Positions 48,036-56,883 of a DNA stretch of 64,000 bases are shown here, piece after piece. Each line of letters opens with the position of its first letter. Positions within the stretch are counted from its first letter, which is position 1. Made by a program: the position numbers and the translations under genes. Below the pieces are notes generated by a model, which was not told the DNA's origin, made no database searches, and saw nothing but the letters and a program-made list of their open reading frames with translations. The stretch is from a virus (Duplodnaviria; Caudoviricetes): IMG/VR virus record IMGVR_UViG_3300025867_000005. One strand, written 5' to 3'.

Positions 48036-48572
48036 TTATCCCGATACCTTATACGCGGCTGTTCTTAAAACCTGTTCCTGTTTCAGAAATTCCAGCATTT
48101 GGAGAAAGCGATTGTAGTCTCCGGTGCTGGAATATTTCCCTTTGTGCCTTTTAAAGAACACGAAGCTTTTGTCACTTCTTTCCAAACTTTGAATTCGGTT
48201 TTGATCTTCAGAAAGGCTGACATAGAAAAGCTTGGCATTGGGGCAATATGTTTGAATCCGATGGAAATCAGAATTTACTTTCGTTCTGGAATCGGCTATC
48301 AAACCCGACTTCTTTACTTCAAAACAAGCGATGACTTCTTCTGGCCTATAAATTAGATCCAGATAGGGGTCTGGGGTGTATGATACAATCAGAAGGTCTA
48401 CTTCAATCGGAACGTCTACGATGAAGGAATTTGGCTTGCTGGTCGTTAAACCGGCTTCCTGACAAACATTTCTTAAAAGCTCGGTAACAACGGCACCTGA
48501 AAATTTCTTGGAAGAATATCCCAATTTCTTTTCTGCTTCTGAAACCGTCTTCAAGAATTCCAAATCAGTCAT
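48036..48572 (-). CDS. PD-(D/E)XK restriction-endonuclease-like nuclease
   Basis: EVDLLIV...ACFEVKKSG. Confidence 0.65.
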   Translation of the reverse strand: MTDLEFLKTVSEAEKKLGYSSKKFSGAVVTELLRNVCQEAGLTTSKPNSFIVDVPIEVDLLIVSYTPDPYLDLIYRPEEVIACFEVKKSGLIADSRTKVNSDFHRIQTYCPNAKLFYVSLSEDQNRIQSLERSDKSFVFFKRHKGKYSSTGDYNRFLQMLEFLKQEQVLRTAAYKVSG

Positions 48573-48796
48573 TATTGCTTAGATTCTCTGTTGATTTCTT
48601 TAATCGTCAATTCGATTTCATCACAACTGTACTTCATTTGACGAATCCTGGCATTAGGAATCCAAATTCCCTCTACACCGTCCCTGGTCATACTGACGGC
48701 TTTAAGATTACCGTCATTGTAGCGATAAACGGTTCTTACACAACCGCTGCTGAACAAAGACAAGATAACGGCGGCTAAAACAATCAACTTTTTCAT
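48572..48796 (-). CDS. small lipoprotein
   Basis: MKK + hydrophobic core + SSGC lipobox. Confidence 0.7.
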   Translation of the reverse strand: MKKLIVLAAVILSLFSSGCVRTVYRYNDGNLKAVSMTRDGVEGIWIPNARIRQMKYSCDEIELTIKEINRESKQ

Positions 48797-48798
48797 AA

Positions 48799-49248
48799 TT
48801 AGTATTCTCCTTGGACAAGCATTCTTAGGTATTCCATAGATTCTTCATGTTCGGTATAAATGACACTCGCAGCCTCCAAAACAAAAGCATGCCTATGTAC
48901 ATTTATTTCCGGAAGGGTTAAAACGATGTGCTTGTGAAGGTGCTTTCCCCAAGCAAGTTCCATCATACTTCCGATGCTTACCATATTCGCCAAACTAAGA
49001 TTCGCATACAGGACATCAGCTTGTTCAACCATCCAATGATCTCGGTCAAAGATCGCATGATTAGTCGTGCATGGATTTTTATAATCAGAGGATCTGAATT
49101 CTTTTTCACAACGCAAGAAGCTTTTTCCGTACATCGGTGTCAAAACCTGATATCCGAATGCTTCTAGACGCTTCTGATTTTTCTTGTAGTAATTGAATAC
49201 GGTTTCTGCGCTGAGTCCGGAAATAGGGTGTACCATGTAGATTTTCAT
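48799..49248 (-). CDS. nucleoside 2-deoxyribosyltransferase-like protein
   Basis: KIYMVHPISG, RDHWMVEQADV, SIGSMMELAW. Confidence 0.75.
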   Translation of the reverse strand: MKIYMVHPISGLSAETVFNYYKKNQKRLEAFGYQVLTPMYGKSFLRCEKEFRSSDYKNPCTTNHAIFDRDHWMVEQADVLYANLSLANMVSIGSMMELAWGKHLHKHIVLTLPEINVHRHAFVLEAASVIYTEHEESMEYLRMLVQGEY

Positions 49249-49258
49249 TATTCTCCTT

Positions 49259-49549
49259 TTACCGATAAGGGTTTTTATCCCTGCCGGTTTTCCTGTCGGT
49301 CTTGAACACCTTTTCAACCGGATGTTTCAAAAGCCATTTGACAAAGCGTTGATATTCTTCTGTTGACCTGATGCTTTCAACAGAATTATAGAAATCCCTT
49401 AGCCGATTATTCTCCCAAGTCTTATGAATGAAATTATGGCAACTTCCACAAGCCGGGATAGTATCCTTCCCGTCCTTCGATTTCGGAACAAGATGATGGT
49501 ATTGAATCAGTTCTTCCGGGATATCCCGTTTACAAAAACTACATTTCAT
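49259..49549 (-). CDS. HNH endonuclease-like protein
   Basis: CSFC..HHLVPKS..CGSCHNFIH. Confidence 0.8.
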   Translation of the reverse strand: MKCSFCKRDIPEELIQYHHLVPKSKDGKDTIPACGSCHNFIHKTWENNRLRDFYNSVESIRSTEEYQRFVKWLLKHPVEKVFKTDRKTGRDKNPYR

Positions 49550-49875
49550 TTCTGTTTCCAATACCTGCATCCGAAGCTTTGCATAACATAAAGACCCTTG
49601 TTGTCTGCTGGAATACATGAATTATCCATTTCCAAAGCCAATTGGATAATTTTACAGAGACCTCCAAGCTGCCAGCCGCCTTCTTTTACGATATCCGTGT
49701 GCCATTTGAGTCTCTTAAAGTGCTTGCAACTTCCACAACACTGAGGATCTTCTTGAATCAGAGATTCCCTAATCTCTTTTTCAGATTTCCCGTTTAGGAT
49801 ATCAGAACTACAGGAACGTTTTGTATTTAAAGAAAATCGGTCAAATTCTGCCTGAATGTCATCTTCCGTGATCAT
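49546..49875 (-). CDS. hypothetical protein
   Basis: ATGA overlap with pncB; CGSCKHF. Confidence 0.6.
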   Translation of the reverse strand: MITEDDIQAEFDRFSLNTKRSCSSDILNGKSEKEIRESLIQEDPQCCGSCKHFKRLKWHTDIVKEGGWQLGGLCKIIQLALEMDNSCIPADNKGLYVMQSFGCRYWKQK

Positions 49876-51014
49876 AGATGAATCCCGTTTTTTGCTTTCA
49901 ACCAATTGACATATGCCTGATTTTCGCACATTCCCTTACCGGCATCATCGCTGATTTTGGCAACAGCTTGGCCGTCGAATTCCAGCATCTTCATAACGAT
50001 GTTCAATCCCTTGACACACAGATCATAGGTAAAGTCAGTTCCGATTCCGAAATAGATGTTACGGAACTTGCCGTAAAACACATCCACAAGCTTGAAGACC
50101 ATTTCCGGATTGAGGCTGTCGCTGAAACAGACATCCTTCGTACGGGGATCGATGCCCATGTTTTCGTAATGACCTAACACCTTGCTTCCCCAAGAGAAGG
50201 GACAACCGCTGTCATGCCGGACACCCGTATATAGGTTGGAAAGTTCCTCGTCGAATTCGCGAAGAAAGCAATCAATACCGAGGCAATCCGTCAAGGCAAT
50301 GCCGTACTTACCCTTGTATTCGTTTGCCCAAGCCCGAAGGATGAATGCCTGAGTCTTGGTAATGTCGGGGCTTAGAACCTGTCCTGCTTCTTCGATTTCA
50401 TGCGCCATAGTCCCGATACAAGGATAACCGCGTTCAATGGCCAAACCGATATTGCTGGTCCCGACGAAAGCATTCAAGTTCTTTGCAAGGTAATCCGTTA
50501 CCTCTGTATGCCAAGCCTTGCTGAAAGCCCTTCTGGTTCCCATTTCAATAAACCCGATTCCCTTTATAGGAAGCCCGTTGTAAAGCCTGACTTTCTTTTC
50601 AAGGCGCTTCCTGCCGTCAACAAGGATATCCTTGTTATTCGTCCAGCCGTTACGATCCGACCAAGCTTCCTGAATCTTGGAAAGGCTGTCGATTTCAAAC
50701 CAAGTCGCGTCTTCTACGTAACCACTGACACGATAGTCAAGATCCCCGTTCTTGTCTCTGCAAACAACATCACATGGCGAAAGGTTCATAAAGGAATCAG
50801 CATCGGCGATTCCCTTCCCTTTTAGGTATTCTGCCTGTCCCTTTGCACAGATCATAGGAGGAAGCTGCGGACCTGTGGGAAACAGATCGGCAAGACAGCC
50901 CAGCTTCTGGTCGCCGCGACTTTTGAAACCGAAAGTACAGGTATGCTTCCTGACTCCGAATTGCCGACGATAGACATTTGCCATCGTCGCCTTGTAAAAA
51001 TCCTGTCTGTTCAT
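49872..51014 (-). CDS. pncB: nicotinate phosphoribosyltransferase
   Basis: DFYKATM, EMGTRRAFS, GTSN, GTMAHE, ALTD, GVRHDSG, FSDSL, FGIGT, NIVMKM, KISDDAGK. Confidence 0.93.
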   Translation of the reverse strand: MNRQDFYKATMANVYRRQFGVRKHTCTFGFKSRGDQKLGCLADLFPTGPQLPPMICAKGQAEYLKGKGIADADSFMNLSPCDVVCRDKNGDLDYRVSGYVEDATWFEIDSLSKIQEAWSDRNGWTNNKDILVDGRKRLEKKVRLYNGLPIKGIGFIEMGTRRAFSKAWHTEVTDYLAKNLNAFVGTSNIGLAIERGYPCIGTMAHEIEEAGQVLSPDITKTQAFILRAWANEYKGKYGIALTDCLGIDCFLREFDEELSNLYTGVRHDSGCPFSWGSKVLGHYENMGIDPRTKDVCFSDSLNPEMVFKLVDVFYGKFRNIYFGIGTDFTYDLCVKGLNIVMKMLEFDGQAVAKISDDAGKGMCENQAYVNWLKAKNGIHL

Positions 51015-51019
51015 TATTT

Positions 51020-51751
51020 TCAGCCTTTCCAGTTATAGCTTTCGGTGAAAACAACACCTTTTTCCTTCATCTGTTTCGTCCATTCAGTCATGTCGAATCC
51101 GGGAATCGGGCTTGTGCAATCATTAAACACGATAATCTGAGTTTTGTCAAGTACATCGAAGTACTTCACCATATCGTCTACGGTTTGCTTGACACAGTGG
51201 CTAAGAGCTTCCCCGCAAACAAGAACCCTGTCATATCCGGAAATGTCTTTCAGAACATCCAGATTCTTACCCCTGCTAAAGGCGCTGTGCATTTCGAACC
51301 GGATATCCTGACCCTTTTCAACGAACCGGATGGGTTTGCCACATTTGACTTGCCAGTCATTGAGAACCGTCATCAAAGGAGTATAAACGCAATATCCGTG
51401 ATCTCCTTTAATGCAGTGTTCCGGCCAAATCATAACTGGTCCGTTCTTCTTAATGTCTGCCTTGACATAGACTTCACAGAAGCGAGGGGTAATCTTCTTA
51501 AGCATCACCTTGTCAACAAAGGTAAACGGTTTGACCTCACTTCCATCCTTCATTTGCCAGAAGCTTGGATGTCCGACGTGGATAACGCTATGGGCATCGA
51601 GACTGATCAAAACATCATCAATCTCTTTGCCATAAACCCCGATGAAGGAAATAAGCCTTGCCATATCCTGCTTGGCATTAGGAACCGGCAACATTCCGTT
51701 TTCTAAAACGAAATCATTCTGCGGATCAACAATAAACAGCAAATTCTTCAT
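51020..51751 (-). CDS. pncA: nicotinamidase (isochorismatase-family cysteine hydrolase)
   Basis: IVDPQNDF, DAH..H, WPEHC, KG, GEALSHCV. Confidence 0.88.
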   Translation of the reverse strand: MKNLLFIVDPQNDFVLENGMLPVPNAKQDMARLISFIGVYGKEIDDVLISLDAHSVIHVGHPSFWQMKDGSEVKPFTFVDKVMLKKITPRFCEVYVKADIKKNGPVMIWPEHCIKGDHGYCVYTPLMTVLNDWQVKCGKPIRFVEKGQDIRFEMHSAFSRGKNLDVLKDISGYDRVLVCGEALSHCVKQTVDDMVKYFDVLDKTQIIVFNDCTSPIPGFDMTEWTKQMKEKGVVFTESYNWKG

Positions 51752-52178
51752 TTTTCTCCTTATTCGTTTTCAGATTCACTGAAAGGATATTATCAAAACC
51801 TGACGTTGTTGTCAATGGTTTCCAGCACTTAATAGGGATGATGCCTTCCGGTATCTGATACATTGAGGAAAGCCAGAAGATAGAATCTTCTACAGGCTTA
51901 TCCTTACGCCTTTGGGAATTAGAAAGACACTGGCAGGGATCGTTTTCAAAGAAGATGTATTCGGTTTCAAAATCCCCATACCGTTCTCTAAGAACTTCTT
52001 CACCCTCTTCCCTTGTTTTCAATACACAGAGCATCGGATCTGAAACGACTAGCAAATCCACCCTTTCCAGAGGGAAGTCATCTAATCCTTTCGGATCATC
52101 GACAAGAACGCCACCAATGGTTTTGGCATAGCTAGTTTTCCCGCTTCCCGGCAGCCCCACGACAAATATAATCTTCAT
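51726..52178 (-). CDS. P-loop kinase (AAA_33/polynucleotide-kinase-like)
   Basis: IIFVVGLPGSGKTS Walker A; CLSNSQRR. Confidence 0.75.
   Translation of the reverse strand: MKIIFVVGLPGSGKTSYAKTIGGVLVDDPKGLDDFPLERVDLLVVSDPMLCVLKTREEGEEVLRERYGDFETEYIFFENDPCQCLSNSQRRKDKPVEDSIFWLSSMYQIPEGIIPIKCWKPLTTTSGFDNILSVNLKTNKEKNEEFAVYC
51787..51815 (-). promoter_or_regulatory. sigma70 promoter for the pncA-pncB operon
   Basis: reverse strand TTGACA-N17-TAATAT with TG extension. Confidence 0.8.
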
Positions 52179-52181
52179 ATC

Positions 52182-52367
52182 TTACCAAATAGGGTCGCCA
52201 CAGTCAGAATTTTTCACAAAGATATCTTCACCTCTGAAGCGAATCCGATATCCTGCGTCTTGAATCCCGTATACGTGATAATGGTCAGACGGGACAAGAA
52301 CGGTTCTGTCATCTCCCACATATTTGATAACCCGACAAAGAGTGTCTTCTCCTAAGAAAATCGTCAT
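52182..52367 (-). CDS. hypothetical protein
   Basis: ATG right after TPM stop. Confidence 0.55.
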   Translation of the reverse strand: MTIFLGEDTLCRVIKYVGDDRTVLVPSDHYHVYGIQDAGYRIRFRGEDIFVKNSDCGDPIW

Positions 52368-52368
52368 T

Positions 52369-53070
52369 TTAACGCCCAGCGCCTCCACCCCCGCAGCTTC
52401 CTCCGCCAAACCCACCTCCACCAAACCCGCCGCTACTACCAAACCCACCACCTAAACTGCCACCTCCACCAAACCCGCTACCGGAATAAGTGTCGTCATC
52501 GATAAAAATAACATAGATTACAATCAGGATGAAGATACAGATAAGGACGGCACCTATGATCGACAAAGCTTTACTATACGTATCTTCTGTCTTTTCCGGA
52601 ACAGGGTTGCCCCCAAGTTTCAAAAACTCCTGTTCTACAAGGTTGACGATTTCAATGATCTTCGCATCAACCACTTGTTTCTCTAGTCCCTTATCAAGAA
52701 TCTGTCCGCATTTCGAATCCGTGAACAACCCTTCAAGACCATAGCCGACAAGCAATCTTACCTTGTTCGGTTTGTTCGCCCTGAAGTTCTTGGCATTGAT
52801 AAAGAGAAGCAATCCGTTGTTCTTTTCCTTGTCTCCGATACCCGTCGTATTGAAAAATTCCCTACCGTCAACAAGGGTGTCTTGACAGTCTTCTACTGTT
52901 TTGACAGTGAATTCAACCTTGCCGCCGTCATACAGCTTCTGACCGACGTTTTGAATATAAGCAACTGTTTCCGGTTTCAACAGATTAGCATCGTCGAAAC
53001 ATCCGCTGTACGGGATTCCAAACACAACGCTTACTACAGACAGCCAAACAAGAATTAGGATTTTCTTCAT
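52369..53070 (-). CDS. TPM-domain (YgcG-like) membrane protein
   Basis: signal peptide, DDANLL, GIGDKEKNNGLLLFI, VGYGLEG..TD, TM helix, Gly-rich tail. Confidence 0.9.
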   Translation of the reverse strand: MKKILILVWLSVVSVVFGIPYSGCFDDANLLKPETVAYIQNVGQKLYDGGKVEFTVKTVEDCQDTLVDGREFFNTTGIGDKEKNNGLLLFINAKNFRANKPNKVRLLVGYGLEGLFTDSKCGQILDKGLEKQVVDAKIIEIVNLVEQEFLKLGGNPVPEKTEDTYSKALSIIGAVLICIFILIVIYVIFIDDDTYSGSGFGGGGSLGGGFGSSGGFGGGGFGGGSCGGGGAGR

Positions 53071-53095
53071 TTTCTTTATTCCTTTCGTTAACGCT

Positions 53096-53677
53096 TTACT
53101 CAAAACTTACAGTCACGCCATTCTGACGAGCCTTGTCACTGGCTTCAAAATACTGACGTTTTTCAACTTTGGCAATCCCTACAATCAGACTTGTGGGGAA
53201 GGTTCGGATTTTTGTATTCAGTTCCTTCGCCGTCTTGTTGTAATCCATACGGGCGACAGTAATTCGGTTTTCACAACCCTCTAGCTGATCTTGCAATTGA
53301 ATGAATTGCTTGTCTGCCTTAAGATTCGGGTAGTTCTCCGTCAACATCATCAGTCGTCCCAAAGCCTTGCTTAGTCCATCATTGGCTTCATACTTCTCTC
53401 CCGCCGTCTTCGCATTCAGAAGCTGAGACCTTGCCTTCGCAATGTCTTCCATCACACGGCTTTCGTGCTTGGCATATCCCTTGACTGTCGCCACAAGGTT
53501 AGGAATCAGTTTGTCCTTACGTTCCAACTGGTTATCAACCTCTGCCCATGCCGAATTGCATTTCTCGTCCATAACCTGCAATCCGTTATACGTCGCCAAA
53601 ATCGGCATAATAAACAGAAATGCAATCGCAAACAAGATTCCGAATACCGTCAAACAACCAACCATAGCACTTTTCAT
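53096..53677 (-). CDS. lemA: LemA family protein
   Basis: YNGL..AWAEVDNQLERK..LIPNLVATVKGYAKHE, ENYPNLKA, ENRITVAR, FP. Confidence 0.95.
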   Translation of the reverse strand: MKSAMVGCLTVFGILFAIAFLFIMPILATYNGLQVMDEKCNSAWAEVDNQLERKDKLIPNLVATVKGYAKHESRVMEDIAKARSQLLNAKTAGEKYEANDGLSKALGRLMMLTENYPNLKADKQFIQLQDQLEGCENRITVARMDYNKTAKELNTKIRTFPTSLIVGIAKVEKRQYFEASDKARQNGVTVSFE

Positions 53678-53699
53678 TTTACCTTCTTTCTTTTTACCT

Positions 53700-54014
53700 T
53701 TACTTCCACATCTTTCCCATATCTGATGGAGAAAGTTCTTTTGTATCTGGAAGATTTGGAACATCCATTTTCTTCCATACGCCTACGTATCCTTCTTCCT
53801 GTTTTTCCTTATCGAAAGGCCGAAGAATAACAAACTGACCTTGACAAATCCCGATTAGTTTTTTGCCATGACCAATCGTTATGATTTCCACAGGATGCAA
53901 TCGGAATTCCGGAGGGATGCTTCCTGTAAAGTGGCCTCCCATCGTTCCGAAACTCCATTCACCGTACAGCCACCAAAACCCTTCGGAATCAGGGGGTGTT
54001 TTCTTCCAATTCAT
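53700..54014 (-). CDS. hypothetical protein
   Basis: ATGA overlap. Confidence 0.65.
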   Translation of the reverse strand: MNWKKTPPDSEGFWWLYGEWSFGTMGGHFTGSIPPEFRLHPVEIITIGHGKKLIGICQGQFVILRPFDKEKQEEGYVGVWKKMDVPNLPDTKELSPSDMGKMWK

Positions 54015-54415
54015 ACCTCGTCCTCCTTAAATCCTTTCGCGAAATCAGGAAGTTCTTTCCGAATCTTTCGAAGGATGATTTTAGGCTCGAATCCCTTGCC
54101 GTTGTTCAGGATGGCATCGTCGATTTCAGCTTCTGTTACAAATCCCAACTGAAGACCACGCAGACACGCCCAAAACAGGCGGATATCCTGATAGCAACAA
54201 TCCTTGTAAAGGACCCAGATGTTTGACCCGTAGATACCAAATGTGTCAAGCAATAGAGCCGGTCCTAACGCTCCCAGCGCGCAATCGGGGTCTACGTCTT
54301 TTACTGCCGTCAGACTTTGAAGCAGAACGTTCAAAGCTCCTGGATTTCCTTCTGAAATCTTGTAAATGATGTCATTGAAGCTGTCCATCAAATCGATACG
54401 GTTTTTCGTTTTCAT
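54011..54415 (-). CDS. conserved phage hypothetical protein
   Basis: SEGNPGAL..LDTFGIYGSNIWVLYKD; promoter 54451-79. Confidence 0.75.
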   Translation of the reverse strand: MKTKNRIDLMDSFNDIIYKISEGNPGALNVLLQSLTAVKDVDPDCALGALGPALLLDTFGIYGSNIWVLYKDCCYQDIRLFWACLRGLQLGFVTEAEIDDAILNNGKGFEPKIILRKIRKELPDFAKGFKEDEV

Positions 54416-54467
54416 GTTTCAATAAGCCTTTCTTGCTTTTGATAAACAAGACTATATCAAAGGTTCC

Positions 54468-55163
54468 CTAATCTGTCAAGTGGGTCAGAAGATTATTCCA
54501 ACCTCTGATAAGGAATTCGGCATATGCCTTTGAATCTTCTCCGTACCATCCGATGCTGTATGGATGATGGAATTCTACAAGTTCAAGCCTTCCGTTTTCC
54601 AATCTCCCAACGTCTAATGCCCCGTATACATCTTTGGGCATTTCCAATTCCAAGACGGGTGCCGGTTCGTCTTCATCACAACCTTGATACCAGCCTGTTT
54701 CAAGAATCTTGCCGCCACAGACGTAATATCTCCATTCCTGTTCGAACTTAACCACATCGGAAACCCAATATCCATCCGCCAGATATTCTTCTGAAAGCCG
54801 TCCCTTCTCCTTTACAAACCCCGTGAAGGCTTTGTATTCTCCTGCTGGCTTGATAAAACATTTGCGGACAGGTGCGGTTACAACAAGCTTAATCTTCCTA
54901 GAAATCAGGGATGACGCCCAAGACGGATAATAATCGGGTTCGAAACAGTGTTCTAAGACGGATTCTATGAAGTCTGTGCTTCCCACAAAAAGACTCTTGT
55001 TAATGTCAAAGTCTTTCACTGTCTTAGAAACACGAAACGGCGTGCCGGTTAAGGCACACCATTTATGCATCGCAAGGAATTCCCTTCCACTGATTCCTTG
55101 TTCAAAAACAACGATTTCCGGATTAAACACTTCTGGATTTTTCCTTGAAGTCTGGACATTCAA
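54468..55163 (-). CDS. ATP-grasp protein (R2K/DUF4343-like)
   Basis: VGST, DYYP, FIKP..KAFTG, SDVV.F..EWR, ALDVG..LVE. Confidence 0.8.
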   Translation of the reverse strand: MNVQTSRKNPEVFNPEIVVFEQGISGREFLAMHKWCALTGTPFRVSKTVKDFDINKSLFVGSTDFIESVLEHCFEPDYYPSWASSLISRKIKLVVTAPVRKCFIKPAGEYKAFTGFVKEKGRLSEEYLADGYWVSDVVKFEQEWRYYVCGGKILETGWYQGCDEDEPAPVLELEMPKDVYGALDVGRLENGRLELVEFHHPYSIGWYGEDSKAYAEFLIRGWNNLLTHLTD

Positions 55164-55353
55164 AGACAGGAGTAGTCATGTTGTTTAGAACGCAAAGTTC
55201 ATAAAGTTCATTGGCCATCTTACAGTTGTCTTCTGTCCCTGGTTTGAATTTTCCACAACTGAAACAAAGACAATGTTCCCTGTGTTTGCCTTTAAGCAGA
55301 GTCCTTGTCCAAACCATTCTGCCGTGATGCATATACTGTTCGAATTCGTTCAT
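55123..55353 (-). CDS. small Cys-rich protein
   Basis: AGGAG RBS; HCLCFSC. Confidence 0.65.
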   Translation of the reverse strand: MNEFEQYMHHGRMVWTRTLLKGKHREHCLCFSCGKFKPGTEDNCKMANELYELCVLNNMTTPVFECPDFKEKSRSV

Positions 55354-55363
55354 TTTCACTCCT

Positions 55364-55570
55364 TTAAAAAGGTGCTTGAGGCAAATGAGGGTTTTGGATT
55401 TCTTTTTGTGCCCAATCCCGTAAACATTCCAAAGAGCAAAACTGTGAATCAATATGGTCTATGTCCCGACAATTGCTTAGAAAGAAATATGAAGGGTCTC
55501 CCATAACACCTTTCACTTCGATTACCTTTCCGCAGTTTTCACAAGTTACTCTCGTAACGTTTTCAATCAT
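55364..55570 (-). CDS. small Zn-finger protein
   Basis: CENCGK..FCSLECL. Confidence 0.65.
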   Translation of the reverse strand: MIENVTRVTCENCGKVIEVKGVMGDPSYFFLSNCRDIDHIDSQFCSLECLRDWAQKEIQNPHLPQAPF

Positions 55571-55835
55571 TTATTTTCTCCTCTAGTTGCTTTTCAAGCT
55601 TTTTAATGTATTGTGTACGGATATTGTAGGGGTCGCAATATTCACAAGGCTGATATTCCTTACCGGTCTTCATATCATAAATTCCACCGTGCCAGTTTCC
55701 ACAGAAACTATGCATCCCGCAGAAACAAAGACGATCCCAGAACCAATGATAGTTGCCTTCCCTGCATTTGTTAAACAGAAAAGGCAAGGTCTTAATCATC
55801 ATCCTTTTCCATAATGGGCAATATCCACTAGACAT
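55563..55835 (-). CDS. hypothetical protein
   Basis: overlapping packed ORF. Confidence 0.55.
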   Translation of the reverse strand: MSSGYCPLWKRMMIKTLPFLFNKCREGNYHWFWDRLCFCGMHSFCGNWHGGIYDMKTGKEYQPCEYCDPYNIRTQYIKKLEKQLEEKIND

Positions 55836-56298
55836 GTATGACCTCCGCGAAATCTTCTGTCAGCCCTATCAGCTTAACGCCAGCTTCTTTCAACATTATT
55901 TCAGCGATTCTGCAATTCTCTTCCCAGTCGCCTTTTCCTTCGAATTTGCCTTCCATCGTAAGAACCTTACAGATTCCTGACTGGATTATTGCTCTTGCGC
56001 AATCAGAACATGGCCAACCTTTCCCTGAAATATAAATCTTGGCTTGATCCAAACTTATACCATAACGTGCGGCACTGTAGATTGCGTTGCGTTCTGCGTG
56101 TTCACAATAGAAATATTTCTGAGGTCTCTGGTGTCTGTCTTCAGCGTCGTCATTAACAAGTCTTGGGAAACCGTTATATCCTGTCGAAATGATCGTGTTG
56201 AATTTGTTTACAATAACACAGCCAACTTTAGTAGACCTGTCTTTTGACTTGGTGGCAGTCAAATTGGCGATTTCCATGAAATACTTATTCCAGTACAT
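55828..56298 (-). CDS. dCMP deaminase (ComEB-like)
   Basis: SKDRSTKVG, GYNGFP, HAERNAI, PCSDC. Confidence 0.92.
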   Translation of the reverse strand: MYWNKYFMEIANLTATKSKDRSTKVGCVIVNKFNTIISTGYNGFPRLVNDDAEDRHQRPQKYFYCEHAERNAIYSAARYGISLDQAKIYISGKGWPCSDCARAIIQSGICKVLTMEGKFEGKGDWEENCRIAEIMLKEAGVKLIGLTEDFAEVIHV

Positions 56299-56301
56299 GT
56301 T

Positions 56302-56796
56302 TCATTTCCTTGAAATTATTACTGCCAGATTCTTCCCGTCAAATTCTGTCTTCTGCTCAATTTTTGAGACATCACTGAGATCAGACACGATTTTATCAAA
56401 GACTGCCTTCCCCAAATCAGTATGCTGAAGGTCCCTTCCCTTGAAACGCATAGTGATTCTTACCTTATGCCCTTCACCGAGGAATTCCCTGATTTGACGG
56501 GTTTTGGTATTGACATCATTGCTTTCTACATTCGGACTGAACTGAACTTCCTTGACAGCCGCCTGTTTGTTCAGTTTTTTCTGTTCCTTTTCCCGTTTTT
56601 GCTGTTCATAGCAGAATTTTCCGTAATCCATGATCTTACAGATTGGGGGTCTTTGGTTTTCGTTTATCTCTACCAAGTCCTTACCGGCTTGTAGTGCCAT
56701 TTCCTGAGCTACCTTATTATCAACGACACCTATCATTTCACCGTTTTCTCCGATCAGACGGACCTGAGGAAGACGGATTTGCATATTGAGTCTCAT
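56302..56796 (-). CDS. infC: translation initiation factor IF-3
   Basis: IR..VRLIG, DLVEI..PPICKIMDYGK, KEVQF, FL..GHKV..MRFKGR. Confidence 0.95.
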   Translation of the reverse strand: MRLNMQIRLPQVRLIGENGEMIGVVDNKVAQEMALQAGKDLVEINENQRPPICKIMDYGKFCYEQQKREKEQKKLNKQAAVKEVQFSPNVESNDVNTKTRQIREFLGEGHKVRITMRFKGRDLQHTDLGKAVFDKIVSDLSDVSKIEQKTEFDGKNLAVIISRK

Positions 56797-56883
56797 TACT
56801 TTTTAGTTATTCCCTTCATGTTTCTTGTTTGAAAAGTGGAAAGCCACGTCAAGAAATAGATTCAAGAAGTGGCTTTTTTAAAA

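Noticed and set aside
52369-52490. GC-rich CCA/CCG repeat tract
   Set aside because: It encodes the ordinary Gly-rich tail of TPM proteins.
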